Below, one piece after another: positions 1-12,110 of a DNA stretch of 64,000 nt. Source of the DNA: the human T2T-CHM13v2.0 reference genome, Homo sapiens; the NCBI GenBank assembly GCA_009914755.4, contig CP068257.2, forward strand, positions 44,128,001 through 44,192,000, given 5' to 3'. The notes beneath the pieces are model-generated. The model worked only from the letters and a program-made list of their open reading frames with translations. It searched no databases and was not told where the DNA came from. The translations under genes and the position numbers were made by a program. The number at the start of each line of letters is the position of its first letter. The stretch's first letter is position 1.

Positions 1-66
1 TCGTGAGCTCAGGCAATCTGCCCGCCTTGGCCTCCCAAAGTGGCGTGAGCCACCGTGCCTGGCCAG
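1..66 (-). mobile_element. Alu SINE, 5' portion of a minus-strand copy (window starts inside it)
   Basis: Sequence ggcctcccaaagtg...gtgagccaccgtgcctggcc is the reverse complement of the Alu 5' end (GGCCGGGCGCGGTGGCTCACGCCTGTAATCCCAGCACTTTGGGAGGCC). Confidence 0.85.
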
Positions 67-189
67 TCTATGTATATTCTTAAGTCAGTACTATGTTTTG
101 GATCCTGGAGATTTATAGGTTTTGAAATTGACAAGGGTGAGTCTTCTTAGTTCTTCTTTTCCGAAATTTTGACTATTTTTTTTTGTCAT

Positions 190-1450
190 TGTTGCATTCC
201 ATGTGAATTTTAGGATCAGCTTGCCATTTCAATAAATAATGGCAGATCTGACAGTGATTGCCTTGAATCTGTAGATACATTTGGGGAGTATTGCCATGAC
301 AACAATATGAAGTCTTTCAGTCAGGAACATGAGATGGCTTTGTGTTTATTTAGCCCCTCTGTGATTTCTTTCAACATGTTTGATAGTTTTCACAGTGCAA
401 GTCTTGCATTTTTGTTAAACTTATTCTAAGTATTTTTTGCTTTTCCATGCTATTATAAATGTAATTGTTTTCTTAATTTTATTTTGGGTTTTTCTTGGCT
501 AGTGTATATAATAAATATAACTCATTTTTATATATTGATCTCATATCTTGCAATCTTACTAAACTTGTTTTGTAGCTCTAATTATTTTTTTACAGTTTCT
601 AACCCACAGGCTCTTTATTTCTTTTACTTCTCTTAGGGTACTTACTGGGATCCCCAGTGGGATGTTGATTAGAGATGGTGAGAAGGGACATCTTTGTCTT
701 GTTTCTGCTCTTGGGGGAAGCATCTGGTTTCTCACCTTAAGTATGATGATAGCTTTTTATCAGGTTAAGGAATTTGCTGAAAATTTTTATCATGAATGCT
801 AGTTGAATTTTGTCACATATTTTATCTACATCAATTAAAATAATGTATGGTTTTTCATTTTTAATCTATATAATGGCAAATTACTTTGATTTTTGATTGT
901 TGAGCGAAGGTTTCCAAGTTAAATCCTACTAAGTTATGATGTGTTACAGTAAAGGGATTTTGTTAAGAATTTGTGCATCTATATTCATGGGGGATTTGGG
1001 TTTGTAGTGTTCTTTCCTTGAAGTGGCTTTGTATAGGTTTGCTGTTAAGATAAATTTGACCTCATAAAATGATTTGGGAAGGATTTCCTTCTTTTCTGTT
1101 TTCAGGAGTTTGTGTGAAGTCATGTTTTATCTTTCTTAAATTGTTTATTAGAATTTGCCATTAAAGCAATTTGGGCCTGGAGTTTCTTGTTGTTGTTGTT
1201 GGAGAGTTTTTAAACTGTGAATTCAGTTTCTTTAATTGTTATAAGATTTTTTTCTGTGTGGATCTGAGTTTTTGTTTGATATCATCCGGAACAGCTTCCG
1301 CTAACATTCCATGTTTTTTATCTTGTCAAATATCACCTCTGCCGCATTATTTTTCTCTTCTTTGGAAACCTCAGTTACATTATGTCAGACGTTCTTACTC
1401 TGTACTTCTCATCATTTCTTTTCATATTCACCTTCCTTCTCTGGTTTTTA
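190..1450 (-). mobile_element. Ancient L1 fragment (ORF2 region, antisense); coordinates approximate
   Basis: Collinear with the reverse complement of L1 ORF2. Motifs such as ttgaatctgtagat...ttgccat and tttatcatgaatg.tagttgaattttgtca match the same region as window 16400-17300 of the larger L1. Heavily diverged. Confidence 0.5.
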
Positions 1451-1894
1451 CTGTAATCCACAGTAGACAGACAGAACACAGCCCAGAGGGACAAAGAGAT
1501 ATAAACTATTCAAGAGAAGATTTCAGACATGGAGAGACATGGACAAGTTATAACATATAATTCATTGGTTTTCCAGAAAGAGAAGGGGGGACAATGGAGT
1601 AAAAGTAACATTTGGAATAATGGTTAACAGTTTTCTAGGGTGTGTGAAAGCCACCAATCTACAGTTTCAAAAACTCTAACAAATACCAGCCTGGTGAAAT
1701 GAAGTCTATATTTAGACATATCATGGTGAAACTCTGGAACACCAAAGACAAGTACAAGATCTTAACAGAGAGAAAAGACATTGCCTTCAAAGAAGCAACA
1801 TTAAGGCTGACATGGCTTCTTACTGGCACCAGTGGAAAGGAGAAGATAGCTGGATAATATCTAACGTGCTGAGAGAAAAGAACTGAGATTCTAT

Positions 1895-1955
1895 TAGGTT
1901 GGTGCAAAAGTAATTGCAGTTTTTGCCATTAACCTGCAATTACTTTTGCACTAAC
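1895..1955. mobile_element. MADE1 (mariner-derived MITE) palindromic fragment, internally deleted
   Basis: ttaggttggtgcaaaagtaattgcagtttttgccatt...gcaattacttttgcactaac matches the MADE1 consensus TTAGGTTGGTGCAAAAGTAATTGCGGTTTTTGCCATT. MADE1 hairpins are the origin of the miR-548 family. Confidence 0.7.
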
Positions 1956-2070
1956 TGATATACTTAATATATCTTTCAGGAATTATAGAAAAATAAATAC
2001 ATTTTATACAAACACAAGTGGAGATAATTTGATACCTATAGGACTTTATTAAAAGTATTTCTGTTTTTCT

Positions 2071-2232
2071 AGAGACAGGGTCTCACCACGTTGCCCAGGC
2101 TGGAGTGCAGTGGCTACTCATAGGCATGATCACAGTGCACCACAGCCTCGAACTCCTGGGCTCAGTCCACTCTCCTGCCTCAGCCTCCTGAGCACCTGGA
2201 ATACAGGCATGCACCACTATGCCTGGCTACTA
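2071..2232 (-). mobile_element. Truncated Alu (about half an element)
   Basis: agagacagggtctcaccacgttgcccaggctggagtgcagtgg...cctcagcctcctgagcacctggaatacaggcatgcaccactatgcctggcta is the antisense of an Alu right arm. Confidence 0.7.
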
Positions 2233-2691
2233 AAAGCATTTCTAAAGGACCTATTTCAGGAGGAGAGAAGGTTGTCTTCTATGGAAAGTCCGAGCTCTAA
2301 GAAGGCATTATAAACAAAGTTGTATGCATGTGAGTAAATTGAACAGGCTTGAGGCAGATGTCTCCTGGGCTAAACCACAAATGGTAGAACTAAAATAATT
2401 GACTCCAAGGTCATGTCAGCAGGAAGGGAATGGAATTAAAGAGTTTTAAGGTCCTGGGATTGCGTGGGTAGAGTGTGGGGACATTAGGCTTTGATAAGTT
2501 ATGTAATTAAGTTTAGAGTAAAAAGAAAAAAATGTATAATGGGGAGAAAAATCCAAAAGAAGGCAAAAGAGGATAGTTGAACACAGAAAGATGAGAAAAG
2601 TAGAAAACACAACATAAAATAGTAAATAAATCCAGACATATTGGAAATGTCTAAAATATTGATGGGCTAGATGATTTAAAAGTTCCATTGA

Positions 2692-3111
<420 letters not shown>

Positions 3112-4208
3112 TCACTCTGAAGACTTATTTCTTCAGCCCGGGGAATTCTATTCTGTCGCCTTTTTGAATGCTGTTTTCTTTCTTTCCGCTCCATGGTCAT
3201 TCCTTCTGGACCTCTTTGGATCTGTTACTGTCTCTTTTTCCCGTCACCTGCATTCTGGAGAGTGCCTTGGCTTCATCTTCTCACTGTCTCTTTGCTCGCA
3301 AGCTGTGTCCATTTTACTCCTAGGTTCACATATTAGGTTTTTATTTTGACAACATTTTTCCTTCTCAGGGTGTCCACTTGCCTCTCTTGCCTGGACAGAG
3401 CATGTGACGGTCACCTTGGACGTGTAAACTAGCGCTTGCCACTTGCTTTGTATGTTCTCAGATGACCGTCCCTCCTTCCAGTCTGGCGTCTCTCTTTCAT
3501 CACATTGGCTTTCCTCAAATACTGTTTCTTTGTTACTCAGTGAGGTTTGTGTTTCCAGAATGCCTCTTGGCCTTTCTGTGGGTGTGGTTGGTCTCTGGTG
3601 AGGACAGTAGGTGAGCCGCGGGATGCTTGTCCTGTGGACGTGAGTGTCCTGGGCCTTGAGGGTGCAGTGACTACCTGAGGCGCTGGCCCTCCCTTCCCCT
3701 CTCTGCCAGCCTTGACCTGGAGCAGACACCACCACTGCCACCGCAACCAGGGAGGATGTCGGAAGGCCCAGCTGCCCAGCGCAGCTCCCGTTATCCTGAT
3801 GGCATCTTGTAACTGGTCTCTCTCTGTGCAACTCTTCCGTGGAATGCACTGTCATTCCTGACACAGGCTCGTGCATTGTGTATTCTGTTTTCGTTGCAAT
3901 TGTTTCTCCATCAATTTCATCTGCCTCCTTTATTTTCTATTGCTGTGTAACCAATGCAAAACTGAGTGGGTTAAAACAACAAATATGTATTATCTAAGAG
4001 ATTTTATGAGTCCAGAATTCAGGGGTACCTTTCGTGGGTGGGTCTGGCTTGGGGTCTCTTTTGAGGCTGCACATCAGCTGGACAGCCCACTTCCAGGGTG
4101 CTCTCACAGGGCAAGGGCAGGAGGCCTCAGCCCAGCACCTTGCGGCCTCCCCACAGGGCTGCGTGCGTGTCTGTGGGATTGCCATTCACTTTTCCTGAGC
4201 AGGCGATT

Positions 4209-4228
4209 GGAGAGAGAGAGAGAGAGAG
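4209..4228. repeat. (GA)n microsatellite
   Basis: gagagagagagagagagag read directly. Confidence 0.8.
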
Positions 4229-4374
4229 CAAGGAGGGGTCACGGGGCCTGCATGTCCCAGTCTCGGGTGTTACACCCTGTCCCTTCTGCCACACTATGTT
4301 CTTTCCATGTGCGTTACCAAGTCAGTCCTGTCTTAAGGGAGGGTAATTGTGCTTCACCTTTTTCTTTTCTTTTC

Positions 4375-4380
<6 letters not shown>

Positions 4381-4410
<30 letters not shown>

Positions 4411-4685
4411 AGACAGAGTCTCACTCTGTCACCCAGGCTGGAGTGCAGTGGCATGATCTTGGCTCAACCTTGCAACTTCTGCCTCCTGGGTTTGGGCGAT
4501 TCTCCTGAGTAGCTGGGATTACAGGCGCCCACCAGCACACCCGGCTAACTTTTTTGTATTTTATTATTTTTAGTAGAGGCAGGGTTTCTCAGTGTTGGCC
4601 CGGCTGGTCTCCTGACCTCAAGTGATCTACCTGCCCCAGCCTCCCAAACTGCCGGGATTACAGGCGTGAGCCACCACGCCCGGCC
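4381..4685 (-). mobile_element. Alu SINE with ~29-nt poly-T head (antisense poly-A)
   Basis: t29 gagacagagtctcactctgtcacccaggctggagtgcagtggc ... ggattacaggcgtgagccaccacgcccggcc. Confidence 0.9.
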
Positions 4686-4949
4686 TGTGCTCTGCCTTTT
4701 TAAGAGAGATGTATCCAACAATCTGTGGGCATTTTCTCAAACCACCTCACTCTCATTGAGGACTTCTTGGATTTTCCACGTTCGCCTTGTAGGTAAGGCC
4801 AGCAGCAACCCTTCCAGGGGGTCATGTGAGCCATGGCTTTTCTGTCTCATCACTTTTGTGGTTACTTTCATTGCCTTTTCTTTTAGGATAGGTTTTCTCT
4901 AGGTAATTTAACTTAAAGGGACAGTAAGTATCCACATCTTCCTTGCTGC

Positions 4950-5800
4950 TTGCTTAGGATTGAGGTTGACACATACCTCTTAGAAGGCCGGACGTTTGGT
5001 CACCGGAGCAGCAGTGCTCGGCGACTCTCCGGAGGTGCCCCCTCTGGCTTTCCGCTCGGTCAGCTGAGCCGCACAAGCAGCAGTGGCGCTGCCCCTACAT
5101 GGGGCATGCTTTGCAGGGCTGAGGTTTTGCAGTTCCCACCATTGAGGGCTGTAACATTTCTCTATTTCTGGCTTAGAATGTGTGTAGGATGATAATTATT
5201 TATTCAGCATTCATTCCGCTCACGCTGTGCTCCGACCACACACCAGGCTCTGCGTGCGGTGCTGGCACAGTCTCAGGACTCCGCTTCTCAGCTGTAGGGC
5301 TCAGGGTGCAGTGGAGAAGGCGCGAAGGGGCTGCCCGCGGATGGATTTGTTCCCTTGGCCTTTCACTGTTGCTCCTCTCACTCTCTTCTCCTAAACTCGG
5401 CGTAGAGGAGCATCCTCAGGAGAAACAGGAAGAGGCAAAGTTCACTGCAAAGTTTTTTTTGGGTTGAACGCCTGTAGGATAAGAATAGCAGAGGGCACCC
5501 CCAGATGAGATGCGGCCGTGGTCGAGCATCAGGATCGTCTGCCTGCGCCCACCAGTGTGGTCCGGGAGCAGGGAGGTGGCAGAGCCAGGGCCGCGCCCTC
5601 CCCGCGGGTCTCCCGTGCTGCTCGCTGGCGGTTGGTTTCATCAGTGCCCTGGCGAGTGTCGCTGGTTGCACGTGGGCACTGCCCACACAGAGCGAATTCT
5701 CAGGCAGGCCCCCTTCCTCTCTCTCCCCGGAAGCTGCTTCATGGCACTCCCTCCCTTTGCCCTTGGCCGTGGGAACCTCTAGGTTGATCACTGGGTCATT
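4950..5800. promoter_or_regulatory. CpG-dense, non-repetitive GC-rich segment (candidate CpG island; function unknown)
   Basis: Many CpG dinucleotides in unique sequence (gcggccgtggtcgagc, ccgcgggtctcccgtgctgctcgctggcggt, ggcgagtgtcgctgg, ccggacgtttggtcaccggagc, ccgctcggtcagc). Elsewhere in the window CpGs are depleted outside Alu. About 16 CpG per 200 bp around 5500-5700. Confidence 0.3.
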
Positions 5801-6010
5801 GGATCTGCTTTTAGTTAGCCTTGATTTTTGTCTGCATTAAACAATTAAATGAGCTTCTAATAATACGGTGTTTTGAATGTCATGCATGGCTTTTCCTGTT
5901 GAAACATCTGCAGAAAAAAAATAGCTTTATTATTTGTGAGTGAAGCTGTCTAGCTCCTCCCTTTTGTTCTTAGTGAGATAATTGCTTTTGTAATACAAAG
6001 TTTCTCATTC

Positions 6011-6323
<313 letters not shown>

Positions 6324-8178
6324 AGTAATACAAAGTTTCTTGAATTCAACAATTGTGCTATAGCAAAACAAGCTGGCTGTGTATTAGTTAACCCGCCAAG
6401 TGAGGGGTGCTGCATGTTCTGACCCTATTTCTGACCACTTCCGTTAACCCTGCTGCCCACCATGGAGCCTCTCTCAGAAACTTCAGCTGCAGGCTGAAGG
6501 CAGGGGGCTTGCAGAGAAGCTTTTGCTGCAGTTTTCTGGACGGTGGGCAGGCAGCTGTGCTTAGGAGTACACCTGGGGTACATGGAGTCAGCCAGCTCAA
6601 GAGTGTTTTCAAGCTTTTAATTTAAAACAAATCACAGAATGTAAAAAATAGCTTTATAATGTTAGTTTTCCATTTACCACATTCTAGCAAGGGAAAGAGT
6701 GGTGCCATCGTCTGTGTGCTTGCTAAGTGATAATTATAAGCGTGGAGACAGATGTGCGCTTCCTGGGAACGGGCTGGGGCTATGCCGGAGAAGCTTTGCT
6801 CTTGGAAGGGGGGAGGTCTGGGAGTTTGGCTGCAGAGCCTTGGAGCTGGACAGGAAGGATCAGTGGTCGAGGCCCCGGGTGGGCCATGGGGCCTGGGCCA
6901 GCCTGTGGCGAGACGTGGACTTGCTGCTGTCCATGTGTGAGTACAGCCCATAGAATGGACACCTGCTGGTGTGTGTGCAGAGGGCATGGGTGTGCCTGAA
7001 ACAGCATGGTGCAGGGTCAGTGGGCAGCTGCTGAGTTGGGGATGGTGCCCTTTAGGGGAAGGTGGGGGTAGACAGAGAGGCATGAGCAGATATCCCTGTG
7101 GACTTGGGTGACTGGGCACCAGGGTGACCCTCCAGGGGTGCCAGGATATCTGTGCTGAGAGGAGAGGGTGGCCAGGCTGGGGCCTGGGAAACCCTTCCCA
7201 CAGCACCATCTGCATCATCAGGTTGGGGCGGGCATTGGCCAGATGAAAACAGGTGAGGTAATCAGATTTTTTGTTTCATAAAAATTATGGTCCTGAAGTG
7301 AAGTTGGTAGAAACAACAAGTTAAATAGGAGGACAGCTCAAATAGAGAAAACCCCTCAGTCACACCAAGTCAGCAGCTACAGTGAGGAGCTGCGAATGTG
7401 CTCTCCCGGCGGGCTGGGCCTGCCAGACCCCAGGGTGCGCGCTGCCCCTCCCCGTGGGGCTCCTGGGACTGGTGAGGGCACCGAGGACAGTGCCATGCTG
7501 GTCCTGGGAGGGTTTGCCAGCGCGGCTCTTCCATTGTCTGCCTTCCTGAGGGGTCGGGGGCTTGTCTCCTGGCTCCTGCCTCCTGGATGGTCCCTAGGAG
7601 TCCCCTCATGTCCAGACATCGGCTTCAGTTTAGGGCTATGGGGACTTCCACAGGGACGACTGTTCTCTGGAGTAACTGTGGATGATGTTGATAAGAAAAT
7701 ACAGAAACAAGTCATTCCTCCTGAATAAGCACTGGCGATGTGCTTCCTTCATGTTCCTGAGAACGGGGAAGGCTCAAATTTTGTTCAGTCTCATAATTGT
7801 GCTGAAAAATAATGTATTCAAGTGGACGCCTTCAGAAGTCTCCCGGAGCCTGGAAGGATGAGTGCAGTAACGTTAATGGTCAGTGATGTTGGATGTGGGC
7901 TACTGTGCCTTTTAAATGTGGAAATGTTGGCACAGTTAAAGCAGCATTTTCTCCCATGGTCTTGTCTCCTGTGGGACTGACGTGGGTCCGTACAACATCG
8001 TCATCCACGGCTTCACAGTCCCAGGCTGAGGATGTAGGGAGCAGCGGCATTGACCAGCCATCCTTAGTGAGGCGCCTGCCCTGCAGACTGGCCGCTGGAG
8101 TGGCTGGCCACGCTTTGATGTGTTGCTGTGCCTCACATGACTTTCTCCTCCTCAGATACCACCAGCGATGGACCGGAT

Positions 8179-8505
8179 TGTGCCCCCAAGTTCACGTGTT
8201 GAAGCCCAAACCCCTAGTATGACTGCTTTTGGAGTCGGGGCCCTTGGGAGGTGATTAAGGTTACTGAGGTCATAAGGGTGGGCCCGAATTTGAGAGGACT
8301 ATGGCCTTGTAAGAGGAGGAAGGGATGCGAGAGCTGTCTCTCTCTCTGCACCCATGTGAGGACACAGCAGGGAGGCAGCCATCTGCAAAACCGAGGAAGA
8401 ACACCGGCACCAGATTCCAACCCAGCCAGCACCCTGATCTCCATTTCCAGCTTCCGTGGAAGCCCCCAGTCTGTGGTGTTCTGTTATGGCAGCTGAGCAG
8501 ATGAA
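8179..8505 (+). mobile_element. MaLR LTR (MLT1/MST-like solo LTR)
   Basis: Matches the MaLR LTR consensus blocks ggaggtgattaaggtt..gaggtcataagggtgggcc, ccatgtgaggacacagcagggaggcagccatctgcaaa, cagcttccgtggaagcccccagtctgtggtgttctgttatggcagc (cf. CATGTGAGGACACAGCAAGAAGG...CCACCCAGTCTGTGGTATTTTGTTATGGCAGC). Confidence 0.6.
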
Positions 8506-8948
8506 AGCACTTTTTACCTCACGGTTACACTTTTGGGAAAGCAGCCTGCAGTTGGCCTGTGTGAGCACAGGCCCCAGCAGATGCCCACAGATGTCCCCGT
8601 CACTCATTGGTCATTGAAAAGACTGGAGGGAAGAGGCCGATTTCCTCTCAACAGGAAAGGTGTGTAGCTGCCAGGACTCTGCCTATCCTGAGAGTCTCCT
8701 TTCTCCCTTAGGGCTTCATAGCCAGTTAACTTGTGCATTATTTAGAGCTTTTTCTTTCTTTCTTTAAAAAAAGAAAAAACCAAATGAGAAAGCCAACACA
8801 ATCAACAACAACAACAAGAGTGGTATCATTACAGTCTGTCAGACACTGACTAGAAACATGTTCACTTTCACACACACACTCACTCACTAACACAGTACTC
8901 AGTTTTGACCCTGACAGCAGCTCTGTGAGGGGTCACTCCCCTCCCCCC

Positions 8949-9460
8949 TTTTAATTGAGGCATAATTCACATAACATAAACTGTGCCGTTTTCAAGTGTA
9001 TAAGTCAGTGGCATTGAGCACAGTCTTCATGCTACGCAGCCACCACGTCTGCCTACTTCCAGAACATTCTCACCCCCCCAAAGTAAAGCCCTGTGCCCGT
9101 TAAGCAGTCCCTCCCAATCCCCCCTTTCCCCAGCCCCTGGCAGCCACTAGTCTAATTTCTGTCTACAGATTTGCCCATGCTGGGTATTTAATATAAATGG
9201 AACCACACAGCGTCTGGCTTCTTTCACTTGCATCCTGTTTTTGAGGTTTATCTGCATCATCGTAGCATGTGTCAGAATTTCATTCCTTTTTATGGCTGAA
9301 TCATGTTCTGTTGTATGAATATACCACATCCACTTATTGATTAGTGACATTGGTTTTTTTCCTGCTCTTCGGCTATTGTGAATAGTACCACCATGAACAT
9401 TCTTTTACAAGTTTTTGTTTGACACCTCTTTTCAGTTCCTTAGGAGTGGACCTGGGGGAC
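8949..9460 (-). mobile_element. Ancient L1M 3' end (antisense)
   Basis: ttttaattgaggcataattcacataacataaa ... ccagcccctggcagccac ... gcatcctgtttttgaggtt ... catgtgtcagaatttcattcctttttatggctgaatcatgttctgttgtatgaatataccacat ... ggctattgtgaatagtaccaccatgaacat is the reverse complement of the L1M/L1MB 3' terminus. Confidence 0.65.
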
Positions 9461-11949
9461 ACGTAGAGACTCTGTGTTAACTGACTGAGGAACCACCAGA
9501 CCGTTTTCCACAGCAGCCGCACTGCACTGTTTTGCCTTCTTGAGGTGGCACTTTTTTATCCCCATTTTAAGAAATGGGGCATGGGGAGGTAAAAGGACTT
9601 GCTCAGGATAGGACAGACCTTCGTGGTGAGGCAGCTCTGTGCTGGCCAGTCGGGAGGCCATGGCAGGGTCTCTGCTCCTGCTCCGGTGCTCATGTCAGGC
9701 CCCAGGCCCCTGCAGGTGGTGCCCTAGAGGGCACTGACAGGCTCTCAGAGAGGAGGGGGCCTGTGCTGGTCCTGAGCAGGCAGAGGGAGGGCTGTTAGAG
9801 GGGCAGGCAGTGTGAGCAAGGGCACAGATCCTGCTGTTGTTTAGTGAACTCTAGCAGGTTTGTTTTTGCTTGATTGTTTGAGAAGGATGCCTGTAGTTTT
9901 AGGACCAGTGTCACTACCCACGTTGGCCACAGGCCATGGTGCCAGTGTCCTTGCTGCCACGATGCACCAGCTTCTGTCTTGCAGGTGGCTGGCTGCTTCC
10001 CTCCCAGCTGCACTGGGGCACACACTGTGGGGCAGTTGCCTTCTCACCCTTTGGTGGGGAGAGCCTGGGCTGTGGGGTGCCTCTGTGTGTGGCCGTGTGG
10101 TGCCTGCTGAGGCCTAGCCCTGCGTGGGCCTTTGCTGATGCTCCCTGCGTGGGTGGCAGTGAGCCACCCTCACGTTTCTCAGCGAAAGCACTTGGACAAG
10201 ATGAAGGTTTCCAGCACTGCGAGACTCTCACGTCTGTTATATTGTGTTATACTTGGCTGTGGTTTTGCTTACAGTAAATTCCTGAAGGCGTTTCTGTTGC
10301 TCAGTGGAAATCACTGGCAGAATTCTTGTTACTGAGCATCAGACTGTGGGGCACCGTCATGGTGTCTTAGGGGTGTCAAAGCAGATGCATTTGAGGGGAG
10401 ATGTATTCACATTTTCCAGTATATCATTACCACATTCTTGTGTGATAGCTTCCTGGTAATTCAACTTGATTTAGTGTAGTACAGCAGCACAACTTTTCCT
10501 TTCTGAGTTGTGGAGATTTAAATTTGTTGAGCAAAGGAAACACTGAAGAGGACTCAGAACACTCCAGTTGAGTGCACACACTGCATGAAGCTGATGGCTC
10601 TGCCTCCTGCTACTTTTACCCCATTGCACTGGTGTGCTTTGCCCTCCCCATGGTGGCAGCAGGCTTTCCCAGGGCGCCATCTGCAGTTGGAGGCCTGGCT
10701 GAGGACGTGCTGTGCCTGCCCTGTGAGCAGGGAGCCAGGCACCCCTGGCCTGCAGTGCTATCGTCCCCTCGTCTCCACGACAGGCACCTCTGCCTGTTCC
10801 GTCTGACTCGGGGATGCCAGAGCTCCAAGGCGCAATCAGGGCATGATGACCGATGGCAGGAGGTGAGCACGTGTCAGGACTTCCAGGAGGACGGTGTCTC
10901 TGCTTCTCTGTTCAGGGCTGTTTGGGGATTGTTACCAGAAGTAAGGTTCAGGCTTTGTGTGGCACTGGCTACAGACTGCATTGCCTGTGCTGACTTAGCT
11001 CAGCCTCAGCCCCTCTTTCATTTGTTTCTCCACTGAATCCTTGTCTTCTTGCATTCACTGGGCATTGGCTAAGGCCCAGCTCAGTTCCAGGGCCCCACAA
11101 GACACTGTGGGTGGCATGAGATGGGTGGGTTTTCCCACAGTGCTCTCTCATGGTTATTCTGTTATTTGAATTGAGTGTACACAGGTTTCTACAGTTGAGG
11201 GAGTGTTGGACGACCCATTCCTCAGGGTAAAACTCGCCCTCCCAAACCTGTCCCTGAGTGCAGGTGACAGTGCGTGCTCACCATTAGAAGACGCGGGTGC
11301 TCACGCAGGGCTGTCTGCTGCCTGTGCTGGGACTGTGGGCGCATCGCCTGTGCGTGCAGCTGGAGCACCTGCGTCTCTGAAATGAAAGGGATCTTCAAAT
11401 GGGCGGCCCCTACTGTGCTTTGTTCAGTTTAATTCTTAGAACCGCCTATCCAGGCCGGTCTTGTGTTCCCCCTACAGAGGAGAGAACTGGTGTCTGGACC
11501 TTTTAGGTGCCTTCTCTGAAACTCTGGGTTGGCGTGCAGGCCAGCCTGCCTCTGCCCCACCCATGGTTGCAGGTTCTCTCTGGGGTCCTAAAGTCCTGCA
11601 TTTCTGCCTTGCCAGGTCTTCACTCTGGCTGGCCGTCTCTCGTAGGCAGGCCTCTGGAGTGTAACTAGTGTGTGATATTCAGGGAGGGAAAATGGGCCGC
11701 TCGTTTCACAAGTGATAGAAATGTGACGTGACATATTTCAGAGAAAGCTTAACAGTACGGCAGCTCTGTGACTCAGCCCAGCAGAAACTGCATCTCTTGT
11801 TAGGAAAAATACACTTTATTATTGAGTCTGTGGGAAGACAAAATGGAAGAAGAACTTTTCTGGACATTGTTTAGCCTGCAGGAGGTTTTGTTTAGCCCTG
11901 AGGCACACAGTGGGCCGTGGAGATGGTAGTGCTCACCACCACAGGACAT

Positions 11950-12110
11950 GGTGAACGCCGGGGGGTTGGCAGGTGGCGGCCTCGTGTTGGACATGGTGCA
12001 TAATCGACGGCGACCCGGCCTCCCTCCTTGTGTCCGTCTGAACGGCGCCCCTGAACTCCGCCGAAGGGGCGCCTCCTCTCCCCTGAAGTCAAATTAGCGA
12101 ACAGAAGATT
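11950..12110. promoter_or_regulatory. Short CpG-dense element (~15 CpG in ~170 bp), unique sequence; candidate orphan CpG island or decayed retroelement leader
   Basis: gtgaacgccggggggttggcaggtggcggcctcgtg...ataatcgacggcgacccggcc...ccgtctgaacggcgcccctgaactccgccgaaggggcgcc. Confidence 0.25.

Noticed and set aside
11950-12110. Possible 5S rRNA / tRNA-like small RNA gene in the CpG-dense block
   Set aside because: Compared by eye with 5S rRNA and with tRNA A/B-box spacing (TRGCNNAGTGG ... GGTTCGANTCC). No convincing match. Kept only as a CpG-dense element of unknown function.
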